A DNA stretch of 58,532 bases, the filler included, from Platydemus manokwari (Eukaryota): the NCBI GenBank assembly GCA_037951405.1. It is 6 parts of 6 records of this genome, joined end to end, with 100 filler letters (N's around TTAATTAATTAA, not from the genome) between each part and the next. Parts side by side here need not be neighbours in the genome. Positions count along the whole stretch, not along the records: positions 1 to 9,579 come from JBBMOY011229654.1; positions 9,680 to 18,590 come from JBBMOY011331094.1; 4 more parts are not named here. One strand, written 5' to 3'. The position numbers and the translations under genes were made by a program. Within the stretch, counting starts at the first letter, position 1; each line of letters starts with the position of its first letter. Below are positions 1-13,000 of the stretch, piece by piece. The notes under the pieces were generated by a model, which was not told the origin of the DNA, did no database searches, and was given only the letters and a program-made list of their open reading frames with translations.

Positions 1-1279
1 CGTGGTGATATTTTCCCACAAAGATAAAATAATGTTTTTATATGTTATCTACTTATATGTATAAGTAGATAAAATAGCATAAAATAAATAGAAATACATG
101 CAGATTAATAAAAAATAATAATTTCGGGTTCTCTTATATTAGCAAAATAAAATGAATTTAATTGTACACGAAGCATACTGAACAAAGTTACTTAAAAATT
201 AAAAATATGAAGCGTTTCAAACATAGACTTTAATAATGTAAACCTTAAGGGTTTTACTATTGTATCTATTTAAAAGTGCAGTTTACAATTCCGAACCAAA
301 ATCGATATAGACTAAGATCAACATATGAGCCATAACTAAATATTCGTCAAACTGTGACTAGATGATCTGTAGCACACTTTCAAAGATTGAAATTATCCAA
401 CTAGAACAATAATCTATTAATTTAATTACCAATTATTACAAATGATTTCCAATCAAACAAATAATAATTATTTTTCACGCAATCAACATTTTGATTCAAA
501 TATTGATTTTAAAAACAATGGATTGGTTATTTTACCAATAAATCTTTTGGACGCAAGTTTATTTTATTACATAAATATTTTAAGGTAATTATCAAAAGAA
601 TCCTAGATCGGATGTCCTCTAAGCCTGAATAAATATAGCATGCACTTTTTGTAACAATTTTCTGGTTTTCTTTCCTTTATATTTAATAAAATTAGATTCG
701 TTCCTAAAATTCACAATCGAAAAATTTCTGTTATGTTGATTAATTTTTTTCAAAGTGTCTTCAGATTCCACCTAGCTTTTGTGAGCTAATTTCATTGGTG
801 AAACCATGGTATTTATAATAAATTCCCAATAGTTTATTTGATGAAATAAAATAAATTTTTATTCCTTATTTAAAATAAATCGAAATTTTTTAATTTCTCA
901 ATATTTATTTCCCTATTTTTATTATTTATTTTCGGTATTTTTTCGACATCATTATCTATATATTGTTTTAAATTTGCAAGCCTGACTTTTATTTTTCTTA
1001 TTTTATTATGTTTTCGATTTGTGATTATTATTATTATTATTTCTACTTATGTAATTTTTAATTCTTGATATTTTTCCTACTACTCAAATTACATATTCAT
1101 ATTCCTTCTTATTTTATTTATTGAATAACTAAGAACGTTATTGCATGTACGTATTTATATAAATTTATACGATAAATCATTATTATTAATTAATGTAGAA
1201 AGTGTGATAAAACTAATCAAAATAACAACTGAGACCATAGCATAACCCTCAGTGAGTCGAAACACAAAGTCATGATGAG

Positions 1280-1900
1280 CGCGCATTCTAGTAGCCAATT
1301 AGATGCTTCCTGGATATCAATTCATAAATAGAATTCGATAATCAATTAGTGCACGCCAACAACAAGTAAAAACCGTCAAGATATACCATTGACAATCCAG
1401 TTTTTTAGATGGTTCTGATGAATAAAAAGCAAAGCTGTAAGACAGTGGGTACACGCACATGTCAAATCTATAAAAGGAGTTGAATATCGAGGTCAACTGT
1501 TAGTCTTTTATCCGTCGTAATTCGTTATGTGATTATTCTGGCTATCAGTTGTTCATGGTCTTTAATTTCCGTCGTTGTTCTATCTTTCACTTGGTGTGTG
1601 ATTACCAGCGTAAAATACTGAAAAATTACTTTTAAATTGGTTTACAATGATAATTTTAGATATTTACCTTGATATGATTATTTTATCATTAGTTTGTCAT
1701 TATTATAGAATCATTTTTAATAATGCACTGTAATAATTATTTCGGAAGTGATCAAAGCTAATAATGAAACTATTATTTTTCTGAATTGACTGAAGATACG
1801 AATACTATCTCGCAATACAAATTGATGTGGCTAACAACAATTCAAATTGGAAAACTAAAGACATAAAAATGGAACGGTATACATAGATAAACTTTTTGTC
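1280..1900 (-). pseudogene. Probable decayed rhodopsin-like GPCR fragment (TM5-TM7 region)
   Basis: Minus-strand pieces in shifting frames read MYTVPFLCL (TM5-like), DKRLTV..MCVYPLSYSFAFY (TM6-like) and LLLACTN*LSNSIYELISRK (NPxxY-like). There is a 50-nt GT-AG intron at about 1618-1667, with stops and frameshifts. Recognised by eye only. Confidence 0.3.
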
Positions 1901-2677
1901 ACAGGTAATAAAATGTTGTCAAATGTAAGAAATTGAATTTTGATACTGAATTTCAAGACTGTTGTGGTACTCATGACTCATCAATATCTACTTTCTATTT
2001 TAAAGGTTTTCAGCTAACTTTGGGCTAGATCATCGTATCTGGTAAATAATTTACAGCAATTCCCATGCAGATTTCTACATTTTCTTAATCATCTTGTTCA
2101 CTTGTAATTGCGTTTGTAGGATTTCTAGATGAGGTTTCCATTTAAAATGCGACAAAATACAATCAACTGTATCTACTGCTCATAAGGTTTTTCTGTATTA
2201 GGCATTGGCAACTAATGTACTCAGAACCCCATGTCGTTCATTCCAGTCCTTCTACAAAGAATTATCTCTGAACTTGTAAAATATCCGTTATTGATTACAA
2301 CACGCTTTTCTGTTTATGAATTATTTCCAAAAATACAAGTGACGTAAACTATTGACTCTGACCGTTAGAAGTTTGATAAGCCGTGAAGTCCATGAACAAA
2401 AGCAGAACCATAGAAATTTAAGTACCATGGAAACGATTTAAATGAAAACTGCGTGAAAGCTTGCAGATTATCGAGAAAATGATTGCGAAATAAAATTGTA
2501 TTTATTACGTTAGTTTTTAGATTTTAAACATCACGATAATTTGTCCAAAATCTCCAAGTACCTAATTTAACTCCAAACCCGTAAATTTGTTATTTCATCG
2601 ATTTAATTTAAAATCTATAATTATACATTTTTCTAACAAAATTCAATAATTGTAAAACTGTACAATTTAAAATTTAT

Positions 2678-3907
2678 TTAAACACATTTTAAAGTCTGTA
2701 CAACCATTTCTAAAGCTCCTTCATAAGTCAAATTTCCACCAATAAATCCAGAAGAATGAACAAATACACATCCCGATATTCCAGATACTTTGGATAATTC
2801 TTCATCTCGGAGACCTCTCCACTTTTCAGGCAAACTTAATCTTTAGCAACAATTGAAAAATTCTTAGCTAAAAATCCAAATACCTGTTTGTGAAACACTG
2901 CTTCTCGCTTATAGGAATGCACTGCACTCTCCATGTATTTTTGTCGGAATAAATCACAAATTTTATTTGATAGGAACTTTCATCAATGTCACCATTTTCC
3001 TGAACATCGTTTGCCACCCCCAAAATATCTTTTTCCAAATCAAAAAAATGTGATTTCCAAGGACAACCACCAAATTCAAATTTTAAAATAGTTCCAGATT
3101 CATGCACAGAAAATCTATCGTCAATAGATTTTTGAACCAATTCACGTGCAGGCCACCAACAATTCACATAAAAGTTCAATTTATCTTCAAATTCGGACCC
3201 AACTAAATTCATTGCTTTCATAAATAGTGCCTAAAATAAAAAATTAAAAATATGAAAATGATCTGATTCCAACATTTTCATCAGCACTATTTTGGTTCCA
3301 CCATGGATTAATATTACCAACTCTACTACTTAGCCCAGAAGAGATTACATATCTATAATATAAATTAATTTAATTTATTAGATTTAAAATTACAGTGGTT
3401 CACTCTCAGAAACTGAAATACCATTGTCAATAGCGTCGACTTCCATAACAAAATTTTCGTACATCTTCAAGAAACAATAAATAGATAACTAACTATGTAT
3501 TTATACTTTGTTATATAAAATATTAATATCAATCGTTGAGCCATATCTTTTACACATTTCCTTCAATATATCTTCCCCAAAATAAGCATAAATTAACCCA
3601 GCACTGCTTAATTTAATGTTCCACGGCTTATCAGACTTTATGGTTTTAAACGTTTCATTGAAAGACCTATTACAACTTTATCTATGGACGCTATAAGAAA
3701 TCCAAACCGTTGATGATGATCATATCTGTGAGTAAGGGGATCAAAAATTCCACCAACATCAACAACTATATCACAATTGTTGATTATTGAAGGATCACGA
3801 GATCGAATAATTTCTGCGTCTCTATATTGCGGTAACTGTTTCAACAAATAGCATGCTAAGACTTCGTCGCAATGAAATGTGCCGTTATGTGTACCTATCT
3901 TTGCCAT
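2678..3907 (-). CDS. MYG1: MYG1 (UPF0160, DHH-family 3'-5' RNA exonuclease), 6 exons
   Basis: Motifs KIGTHNGTFHCDE, DVGG..D...YDHHQ, KLSSAGLIY, VDAIDNG, LPEKWRGLRD and FVHSSGFIGGN. Five GT-AG introns of about 41-44 nt splice into one frame. ATG at 3905-3907 (the upstream in-frame ATG lies just before a TTCCAG acceptor), TAA at 2678-2680. Confidence 0.95.
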
Positions 3908-5269
3908 TAAAGGGAGAATTTTTTTCTGGAACATAGATTAAAATGATACAATTTATTACACATGCATAAATACCAAAAATATTTTAAAAAATTCACCTAT
4001 GTTATTAATTTAAACAAGTAAATTATAGTTGAATAAATATTCCTGGGTGTGGTTCAAGTTTCAAAAATTATTATTACTTAATTATTATCAAAATTATGTT
4101 TTCATTGAAGAATAACTAAAATAAAGTAATATAAATTGATTTAAAATTATTAAATTAAAAATTGTTGAGATTATCGAAATTTATAAAAATTAGTAATATT
4201 TAACTGCTGATTAAAAAGTTAAATAAAATTAGAGTTTAAATTGATTTTTTATTTTAGTAGATGTTTTATTCAATTAAATATTCTGAATATCCACTTATAA
4301 ATTGTAAAAGAGAATTTTAAAGTTTTCTCAAAAATATTGAATCAAACAGTCCTAGGCAAAATACGGTTGAATATAGGTGATTTTAACAATAAAATTTATC
4401 ACGATGATAAGACAGAATCATAATCAACAGTTTGTTAAATTGGATGGTAAACTGAAAGATAAAATTTTAAAGTTATTATAATATTGTGAAAGATAGAGTT
4501 GTTGAGGTACAGAACTAGCCAAACTTATCATGCTTTCTAATCTGATTCCTTTAGACTATATTGATTCACAGGGAATCAAACAACTAATTATGATTAATAA
4601 GTTTTATTTATTACCATAACATTACAACAAATTAATCACTCAGGGTACAACCCTGATAAAGAAAATAAATATCGCAAGGTTATTTTAACGAAGACACAAT
4701 TCTAAACTTCTGACAATACCGGGGTAGACGCTTCTACTGGTTGCTATCACAAATTATTCCAGTAACAGATATGATCTTAATACAATACTTGTTAGTTAAA
4801 TACTAACTTAAACAGTAATACTTGTAAGCACCCAATAGTTTATGCAATTACAGATGTTGCAAAATAGACTACTTTAATTATAAACATGACACTTACTTTA
4901 ATATATCGTTTAGTTCAAATAATAATTTCAAAGAATTAATTCCACTCTTCATATGCCAATTTTCACTGCACATCTCTTCGATCTGCTTCTTGTTTTCATA
5001 TTGGTTCATAAACAATTACAAAGTCAGATTTCCTCTTTTCTACCTTTAATATCATTCTGCTTATTTTGATGACATATAGTTATTAATTACCAATATTAAA
5101 CTTTTAAATATTATTTCATATTTAAGCCTTTAAAATTATTTTATAATAATAATTACAGTATACCTATTTTATTTTTTATCCCTTATTAATTATATTAGTG
5201 TGTTTAACTTTAATTTAATGACTGACTTTATTTTAATTTAGTAAAAACATAAGTTGTTTCCATCAATAT

Positions 5270-5865
5270 TTTATTCTATTCCCAAATGACACGTTTGTTT
5301 TTTTACTTAAACAAATCTCATTTTTTTATCTAACTTTCCTCTCCCGTTGTTTTTGAGATCCTTTTTAGCCACTCAATTCTTCGAGGTTTTGGCTGTCCCT
5401 GGAAATCAAGAAGAACTTGATGTGGACTAAAAAATTTCAAAATTCTGTGAAGACCTTCATATCGATGTCCGTTTTTCTTTATCCTATGTGGTTCTTTCTT
5501 CACTAAAACTTCTTCTCCAACTGTGAAAATTATACAACCTCTTTTCTCAGCATCGGATTTCTTTAGGTCTGTGGCTTCTAATTTTAGCTGGTCGTAACCC
5601 ATACATATTGATTTTTCGTCCAAACAATATTTCAAAAGGTGAATGTTGAATTGAACTTTGATATCTTGCATTTATGATGAATTCTATCTGTAGTATTAAT
5701 TTATCCCAAGGCTGGTTCTCTGATGCCATCGATGTTATCACCACGTCTCGCACCGTCCTAATAATCCTTTCGACAAAGCCTTTTGCCTTATGTTGGTATG
5801 GGGAAGTAAATTCTTGTTTTATTCAAAAACGTGTTGCTAATTGATTTATGGCTTTAGAGCACAAG
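5270..5865 (-). mobile_element. Ty3/gypsy LTR retrotransposon relic: integrase C-terminus, polypurine tract and start of 3' LTR
   Basis: HSPFEILFGR, a GPY/F-like RYEGLHRI and EFTSPYQHKAKGFVER on the minus strand. PPT GGGAGAGGAAA at about 5335-5345 is followed by LTR-like sequence resembling 22672-22770. Frameshifted. Confidence 0.85.
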
Positions 5866-6945
5866 TTCGCTTCAGGTAGAAAGAGACCAGTGTTTTCGAT
5901 GAAATCCGTGGCCAAGAAACTTTACAATAAGTGTCGAGGCATGCCAGACCCAAAATAAGAACGCTTGTGCGAAGACAAATGCTTCTGCTGTGGAGAAAGA
6001 GGGCACTACAGAAACCAGGCATAAATTTTTAATATGCGGACAAGACGACCATCATTTGAGATCATGCCATTTAATACGAGGTACCAGGCACAGAGCAAAA
6101 GATAGAATTTTATGTATTCAAGACGAAATAGAGGAGCAATTTGATCCAATTGAAGACCCAGTAATGGACCAGGTAGAAGATCAAAAAACTAAACAGCTTC
6201 GTCGCATACATTTTATCGGTGGGTTGAATTAATAGATAACAATAAAATTCGATATGGAACCAGATATGAAGATATATTTAAAAAGAACAGCCACAAGGTT
6301 TGAAGTAATGTGTTGATCAACAGAACTAAAGTTGAGATGTTGTGGCTTTCGAGGGAGTCAATTACAGTGATGAGCAAGAGCTATTGCAAGAAAGTGGAAG
6401 CCCGAAATTGCAGGATAGTTTGATTATACTTAGTGGAGTGTTTTCAAGGAATACCAAACGCTCAGTTGAGTTATTCAGACCTGATTGCAAATGAAATGGA
6501 AAGAAAAGAAAATTAGGGTTGTTCTAGCAAAAAGAATTTGCTTCGAATTTATTTGAGGTGTCAACATGATGAATGCATTTTAGATTCAGCTGAAAATGGT
6601 GGTTAATATCGATTCATCAGAATTTAAAGATAAATATGCAGATGAGAAAAGATCAAAGCACGCACTGGAAACGATCACGACTGAGAAGACGAGTAAAGGA
6701 CTCATTGAGGAATAAGGAAAAATAATCATGACTTTGAAATTGAATCTATTCAGAACCAACTGTATTTTGTTCATGATATTATAATTACAAGAAGTCTTAT
6801 TTCGCAGAATCCCAGAAGACATTATATGCACTTAGAAGCAAAAATAAAGATGTGTTAAAATCCTTGCTTGGAATAGGAGTAATAAAACCATGCAAGAGTG
6901 CTTTGGATTTTATCACGGATCATTGTTAGAGAAAAGGATGTATCA
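5866..6945 (+). mobile_element. Ty3/gypsy relic: gag zinc knuckles, protease and RT N-terminus
   Basis: CFCCGERGHY and CGQDDHHLRSC CCHC-like knuckles, then SQNPRR and LLGIGVIKPCKS RT start. Nucleotide similarity to 23548-24515 is visible directly. Confidence 0.85.
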
Positions 6946-7084
6946 TAATCATAATCATTATCATAATCATAAACATTATAATAATCATAATCATAATAAA
7001 AATTTTAATAATGACAATGATAATAATAAGTTTTTTCAAATTGTAATTTAATTATCTTTTCAAAAATAATCTAAAAGAAGGTGA

Positions 7085-7800
7085 CCGACAGCTATACTAA
7101 ACCATTAGATGAAATATGGGCATATAAACATATATTTAACTTTCGGTTTGAGGATTTCATTTTATTGGTCCTAAAGGACTTCAATTTATTGTTGACTAAC
7201 AAGTGGTCGTCAGAACTTAAGCTAAAATCTGGAGGTCTGATTTCGGGATTTATTGATTTACTTTCGATTAACTGAGACTGGTTGTAAATTTTTTCAAACA
7301 ATTATATTAATTAGAAAAATCTTCAGAAACCTTTCTTAATTTAAAGTAAATTTATTCGAACAATCGCTATAGATACCAATGCTCTATATATTATCCCTCA
7401 TGGTAAATTATCAGTAAATGTCTATTTCTGAGAACTGAAATCAGTTTAGCAAATAAGCAACAAAATAATTTAATCAAATAGGCCGACATCACTAAAATGA
7501 GTGGCTGTAGAATATTAAATTCGCACGAATAAATGGTTAACATCAGCATGATAAAAATGAAATGAAAGTTTATTTTAAAAAATGATAAAAATCCTAAAAA
7601 CTCCTCTTAATATTCAATATGGCTCTTCCTTAAACAGCAAGAGATTCTTTTTAATAATCTTCGAGTTTGCCTTTTACATGAATGTGCTTCGTCATTTTTT
7701 TTACCTTTGTTTTCCAACAAGGCCCTGATTGTGAGATTTAACCTAGTGCCAACAGGTTTTATTTGAATTCTTCAGATTACCGGGTCACTTCTCTCTTGAT
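7085..7800 (-). mobile_element. Possible highly decayed non-LTR reverse transcriptase fragment
   Basis: ICLYAHISSNGL resembles the LYAPxxxGGLG segment after the RT domain of R2/NeSL-type elements. The remainder is barely alignable. Confidence 0.3.
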
Positions 7801-7959
7801 TTAATTTTAAAATCAGCAACTACTCATTAAAATTATCAACTGTAACATTTTTCTAACCTACACTGAAAATTATAATTATTTTGGTTTATTATAATGTTAT
7901 TTTAATAATTAATATTATAATTTTATTTTATTTTGTTAATTATTATTAGTATTATTAAT

Positions 7960-8020
7960 ATTTTTATTATTATTATTATTATTGTTATTATTATTATTAT
8001 TATTATTAATATTATTGTCT
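7960..8020. repeat. (TAT)n microsatellite
   Basis: Imperfect TAT/ATT run seen directly. Confidence 0.85.
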
Positions 8021-8354
8021 GATTGCAATTTCTTGTCATTTCATTATTTCATTATTCTGTTTTATCACATTCTTATTCAAAATTTTACTACCATTTTTCT
8101 CTGATTTCAAGCAACATGATAATTATTTATTTCTTCAAAACAAAATTGTCAATAAAAACGTAGCAAACTAAACAAACAAACTTGTTGATTTTTTAATCCA
8201 TCAAACCAGATGATGTAAATCATACAGTAAATTGTGTAGATTAAGAGATCGGAATAATTTTTGTAAAAAGATATTTACTAACCAATGAAAGAAAGACACA
8301 TAAATGTATTTCATCAATTAATTGGATTTTAATTTCATTTTTATTATTCTTGAG

Positions 8355-8627
8355 ATGTTAATCTTGCTTTTCTACTACTCGATAATTGGTGTTGATTCTG
8401 ATAACTTTTACATTCAAACGAAAAGTTGTGTGTATGATCGATTGGAATCAATAAAATTGGATTCGCACATACAATGTGCGATCAAATGTGAAGTCAACCA
8501 ATGCAAAGCGTTTAACTACGATGTCAATCGACCGATGTGTAGTTTATACAAGTTTGATGAGATATGCCAATCTAATACAAAGTGTTTTAATGTGACAATA
8601 TTTATCAAAAATCGATATAATAATATG
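8355..8627 (+). CDS. Secreted PAN/apple-domain protein, first coding exon (downstream exons not resolved)
   Basis: Signal-like MLILLFYYSIIGVDS, then the PAN pattern CAIKC-x4-CKAFNY-x6-CSLY. Donor ATG|GTAAAT at 8628. Confidence 0.7.
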
Positions 8628-9496
8628 GTAAATAAATTTAGTTGTTTCGTGATAAATATTTATTATTGTATTTGACCAGTCTAAAATAGGCCCTATTAAT
8701 TTCTATAACGATATATCGGCTTCCATTTAATTAATATGTAAAGCTATTTATTAATAAGTGTGTATTTCTGTGTTTTTATAACTAATTTTAAATTCTTAGT
8801 TTTAGTTTAATAAAAATATCAATATTTGCTCATTGTTGGTTTCCTTAGGAATGTCATTTTGCTAATACATTCTGTGAGTCTTATACACCATAAATACGTT
8901 ATTCAAAATGTTGAAAAGGGACAAGACAGAATTTTTGAACTAAAACTCTCTTTGAGCTTCGAAACTACTTAAGTATTTGAGGCATCTTCACCTGTACTAA
9001 ATATTTGATTTAGATGAAATCTCTATTTCATTACAGTATAAACAGTGTGACATCTATTTACCCCAATCTAATATATAGGTATTAATAATTTTATTTTGAG
9101 ATAAGACTCAAGCAAGTAATATTTTTAAAAATAACTCTAAAATTCTTAGAAATCGTGCCACTTGCTGCGAATGTCAAAAAAGGAGGCCCGCTAATTTTCA
9201 GTAATGGATTTTTACTAAATTTTAAAATTTCTCTGTATATATATTATATGATTTTAAACTAATAAAATTTTTCTCGGATACTTAAGTAAAAAATTAAAAT
9301 TGTTAATTAAATAAACTATATAGATTTTTTCAAAACACTTAACAAATTAGAATTTTATTTTAGGACCTTTTATTTACCTTTAGCCTTTTTATGGTTTAGA
9401 ATTAAAAACGAATTTGCATAAATGCATATGATGCGGTGTTTTTCTGGTGATTAATAATGGCAGTAAGTTATTGCTGTTTGATATTGTTCATATATA

Positions 9497-9571
9497 TATT
9501 ATGTGTATAACCTTAAAATTTCGGTTTTTTTTGAAAAATATTTATTTATTTAAAGTACATTTTGCATAGTA
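9497..9571 (+). repeat. Interspersed repeat end next to a gap; near-identical reverse-complement copy at 49192-49266
   Basis: About 75 bp match with one visible mismatch. Both copies lie at N-linker edges. Confidence 0.9.
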
Positions 9572-9579
9572 ACATTAAT

Positions 9580-9679
9580 NNNNNNNNNNNNNNNNNNNNN
9601 NNNNNNNNNNNNNNNNNNNNNNNTTAATTAATTAANNNNNNNNNNNNNNNNNNNNNNNNNNNNNNNNNNNNNNNNNNNN
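9580..9679. other. Artificial contig linker N44-TTAATTAATTAA-N44
   Basis: Palindromic 12-mer giving stops in all six frames inside an exactly 100-bp gap. Confidence 0.97.
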
Positions 9680-9702
9680 GTACGGCGTCATAGACCAAGA
9701 TA

Positions 9703-9716
9703 GTTGTCATGGCAAC
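9703..9716. promoter_or_regulatory. RFX X-box motif GTTGTCATGGCAAC upstream of the WDR97-like gene
   Basis: 13/14 match to the palindromic X-box GTTGCCATGGCAAC, about 325 bp upstream of ATG 10041. A weaker second site, GTTGTCATAGAAAT, lies at 9985-9998. Confidence 0.7.
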
Positions 9717-10040
9717 GATCTTAGCGCTGAGGCCAAGAGGATCTTATAAAGAACGTGGTTTGTATGGTCTTTATAGAATTTGCTGTGTAAATTCTATGTT
9801 TCAAAATGAGTTTAATTTTTTAATAATAGTTGATTTTTCCAAAATATTTCTACAGTTTAGTATCGTTTAAACTAAAATTGTTATTTTTAAGAAAAAATAA
9901 CTGTGGATTATCACTTTGCTATTATTAAATATATAATTTTAAATATTCTTTTCATGCAAACTTGTTTAAATATTTAGTCGTTTAGTTGTCATAGAAATCT
10001 AGGTTGAATTTTATTTAAGAGATTAGGCAATTAATAAATT

Positions 10041-13000
10041 ATGTCCGATGTATTAAATTATTATTTATATAAATACGGATTAATAGAAAAACAGGAAGAA
10101 GTTATTAAATTTGATTCGAATGAAAGGGCTCGGTAAATATTGATATAAAAATATTTGTCTTTAAATACTCATCAGATTGAGATGGGAACTGTTGAGAAAG
10201 AGTATGGGTAATGTATCAGAGATTATTGAAAAGGAAGATTTAAAAGATAATAAAATTTCTCATGGCATACAATTTATTGCACGTATTAATCATGCCAATG
10301 ATATTGAACAAGTATAAAGAATAAAAGTTCAAAATATTAATTACCCCATAATTCCCATACCTAGGCCCTGTATATTCCAACAATGGATTGTTATATTACA
10401 TTAGATGGATGTTCGGTGAGAACATTTGATTCGAATGGCAGATATAAGAACTTTATGGCTTATGATGACATTCGGGTTAAATTCACGAGATTGACTTATG
10501 CATGTCGCAGCGACAGATTTATGGCCTGGATTCCTCAAGAAAATGATTTGGCAATGCTAGGCCCAACATTTGAGGTTGCCAATACAATAAAAATATATTA
10601 TTATTAATAATATTTTATTATTATTATGGTTCAGCTTATTTCATAAATCTATTAAAACAGTTGTTTCTTCTGATATTATTATTTTATTTAATAATAATTA
10701 TTATTATTTATTTATTTATATTTCATTATTAACATTATTATTCTTATAATCATGAATCTCATGGGTTTAGGTCATTGAAAAAATCGATCCAAGTCTACTG
10801 ATGGAACCAATATTGGATCTCGTGTATAATGAGGACAGAAATGAAATGATTTCATTCCATTCAAGCCATTTAATCATTTGGCAATTTCGTTATGCCAATA
10901 AACACCTTATTCCCAGCAAAACAACACCCTTTAATCATCAGGACAAGCTGTCGATTATTCATGCTATCGAACGAACTCAAAGGGATCACCAACGTCTTTT
11001 TCTTGCTGCTAATTGCGGCGTGACTGTCATTGAGCTATCGATCGGGTCTGTAATTGCCAATCATTCATTTCTTCATGAACGGCCAATCACAGCCTTAACA
11101 TTTTTCAATCCTCTCAAGCTGTTGGTAACTGGCTGTAAGGTTGGCTCCATCAAGATCTGGTCGTTTTCTGGTGATGAAATAACACTCAACGCTGTGTTTG
11201 TCGGCCATACAAGTTCTGTTGATTGTTTAGCCTTTTTTCCAGGTGGTTGCCAAGCAACGGTTGCCTCTTGTGGTGGTGATAACACACTCAGGGTTTGGAG
11301 TTTGGATTTGGATGATGAAATAGAGTGTTTAAATCTGGAATATTCATCCAGAATCATCGGTTCCGATATCACCAAGACGACATTTTTCACACTCGGTAGT
11401 AATTTTGTCGATGTTTGGTGCCAAAATCATATTTCCAATGATTTGATGACCCTCACCAGTACACCGACAAACATGGAACTCGTGAAGGAAAATCCGAGAA
11501 AAATGCTCGTCAGTTGTCGAAATAATTTGCTCTTTTTCATCAAACTGTCCGATAAGACGGAAGTCATCACTAAAACTGTCGTTTCGAAAATTCCCAACGC
11601 ATCCCAATCGTCGACGAAAATACTTTCGACGGTTTACTTGGAAAACAGGAACACATTGCTAGTATTGGTACAGGTTAGTCTTAGGATGGTATATCCAGAC
11701 CTTTTTAAATTGTCTCCTTTAATTGTCTTCCTTACTCGACCAGATCACCCATATGACTATTGCTATAAAACATTCTAAAAACATGAATATGAAAAATAAA
11801 AAAAAATAAAAAAATAATAAAAATTATTGAAAAAATTCACTGATATAAAGTTTGGTCAGAAGGACATCCAGAGGTTCTTGATCCTCGGCGTTTGATTGGT
11901 CAGTTGATTATTAAATTACGTTTTTTCAGAATTTTTTTCATTTTTATCCAAGAACCTGATCGAATCGTATTTCTAATATTTCAAATAATCCATTGTTTCA
12001 AAATATTTCCTCAGACTTACTCTTCCTAATCGGAAATAATCATTAATATATCAACCAATTAAATGTGTCTGTCACGCAATCTCCTCGATAATGGTTTTAT
12101 ATGTTTTTTTACTAACATAATGAATTCTTTTTTAAACTATTCAGAATTGAATACTGTCTCAGGAAAAATATATAGAAAATACATCTTAGGTTAGTTGTGA
12201 TCGATGTAAGATCATTTATCCCATAGTTTCTCAATTTTCAAAACCTCATTTATCCGATCTGATTTTATATTTGATCATTGCTTTAAAGCGTTAAAAACAA
12301 GAACGTGTTTGATAAAATTTTTGTTTGATAAAAGTTTTTTTAATATATTTTTTCAAAAGGGCATGTAAAAGTCACCCGTATCTTCGGGTGTGGTTTTTTC
12401 CTTAAAAAATCTTTTTATCAACCACTAACGAATTATCATCTTCAAAGTTCCTCTTACTGCGGTACAACAAATTACCTAAATATAATTTGTTTATAATCAA
12501 TCTTCTCTTCGACGCAACATCATGATATGTGAAATAACAATAGCATAACGAATTATAAGTACACACATCATTTTATTTTCTCAACTTCGTAGGAATAAAA
12601 TCGATACATTTCATTTGATCCCCTCGTTACATATTTGGGGTCTAAACTTGTGTAGAAGGTTTTAGAATGCATAGGAAAATATGTAGATTTGAAAATAGAT
12701 CAATGATGAGGAAAAATTATTATTCGAGTTGGAACTTCTTGCACAGATGGGATGCTTCTTCGAAAAACAAATCGTCCGGTTAGAAACTGGAGATATTTCG
12801 TTTGAGAGTTCTGTCTAAGGCTGAACGCAATTTTTACAATCATGACTAGTGGTTTTATTCTTATAATGGCCATTTCTCTACTTTTTATATCCATTTTTAG
12901 GACAACTTGATACTCCATTTCTTCAGTTAAATTAGCAAGATTAAATTTATTCTGACATCTTTTTATTTTACTATTCAGAATGGAAATAATGTGCTTGGAA

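Noticed and set aside
4500-4852. Candidate solo LTR (TGT...ACA with AATAAA on the minus strand); similar candidate at ~50971-51400
   Set aside because: No matching target-site duplication and no second copy in the window.
9624-9635. TTAATTAATTAA as a biological motif (piggyBac site, chromosome breakage or telomere signal)
   Set aside because: Always centred in an exact 100-bp N gap and gives stops in six frames, so it is an assembly linker.
11073-11607. Minus-strand ORFs 11073-11390 and 11344-11607 (also 16017-16199, 17082-17288, 27740-28084, 28948-29187, 32548-32790, 45276-45464)
   Set aside because: Antisense shadows of better-supported coding exons, with no motifs.
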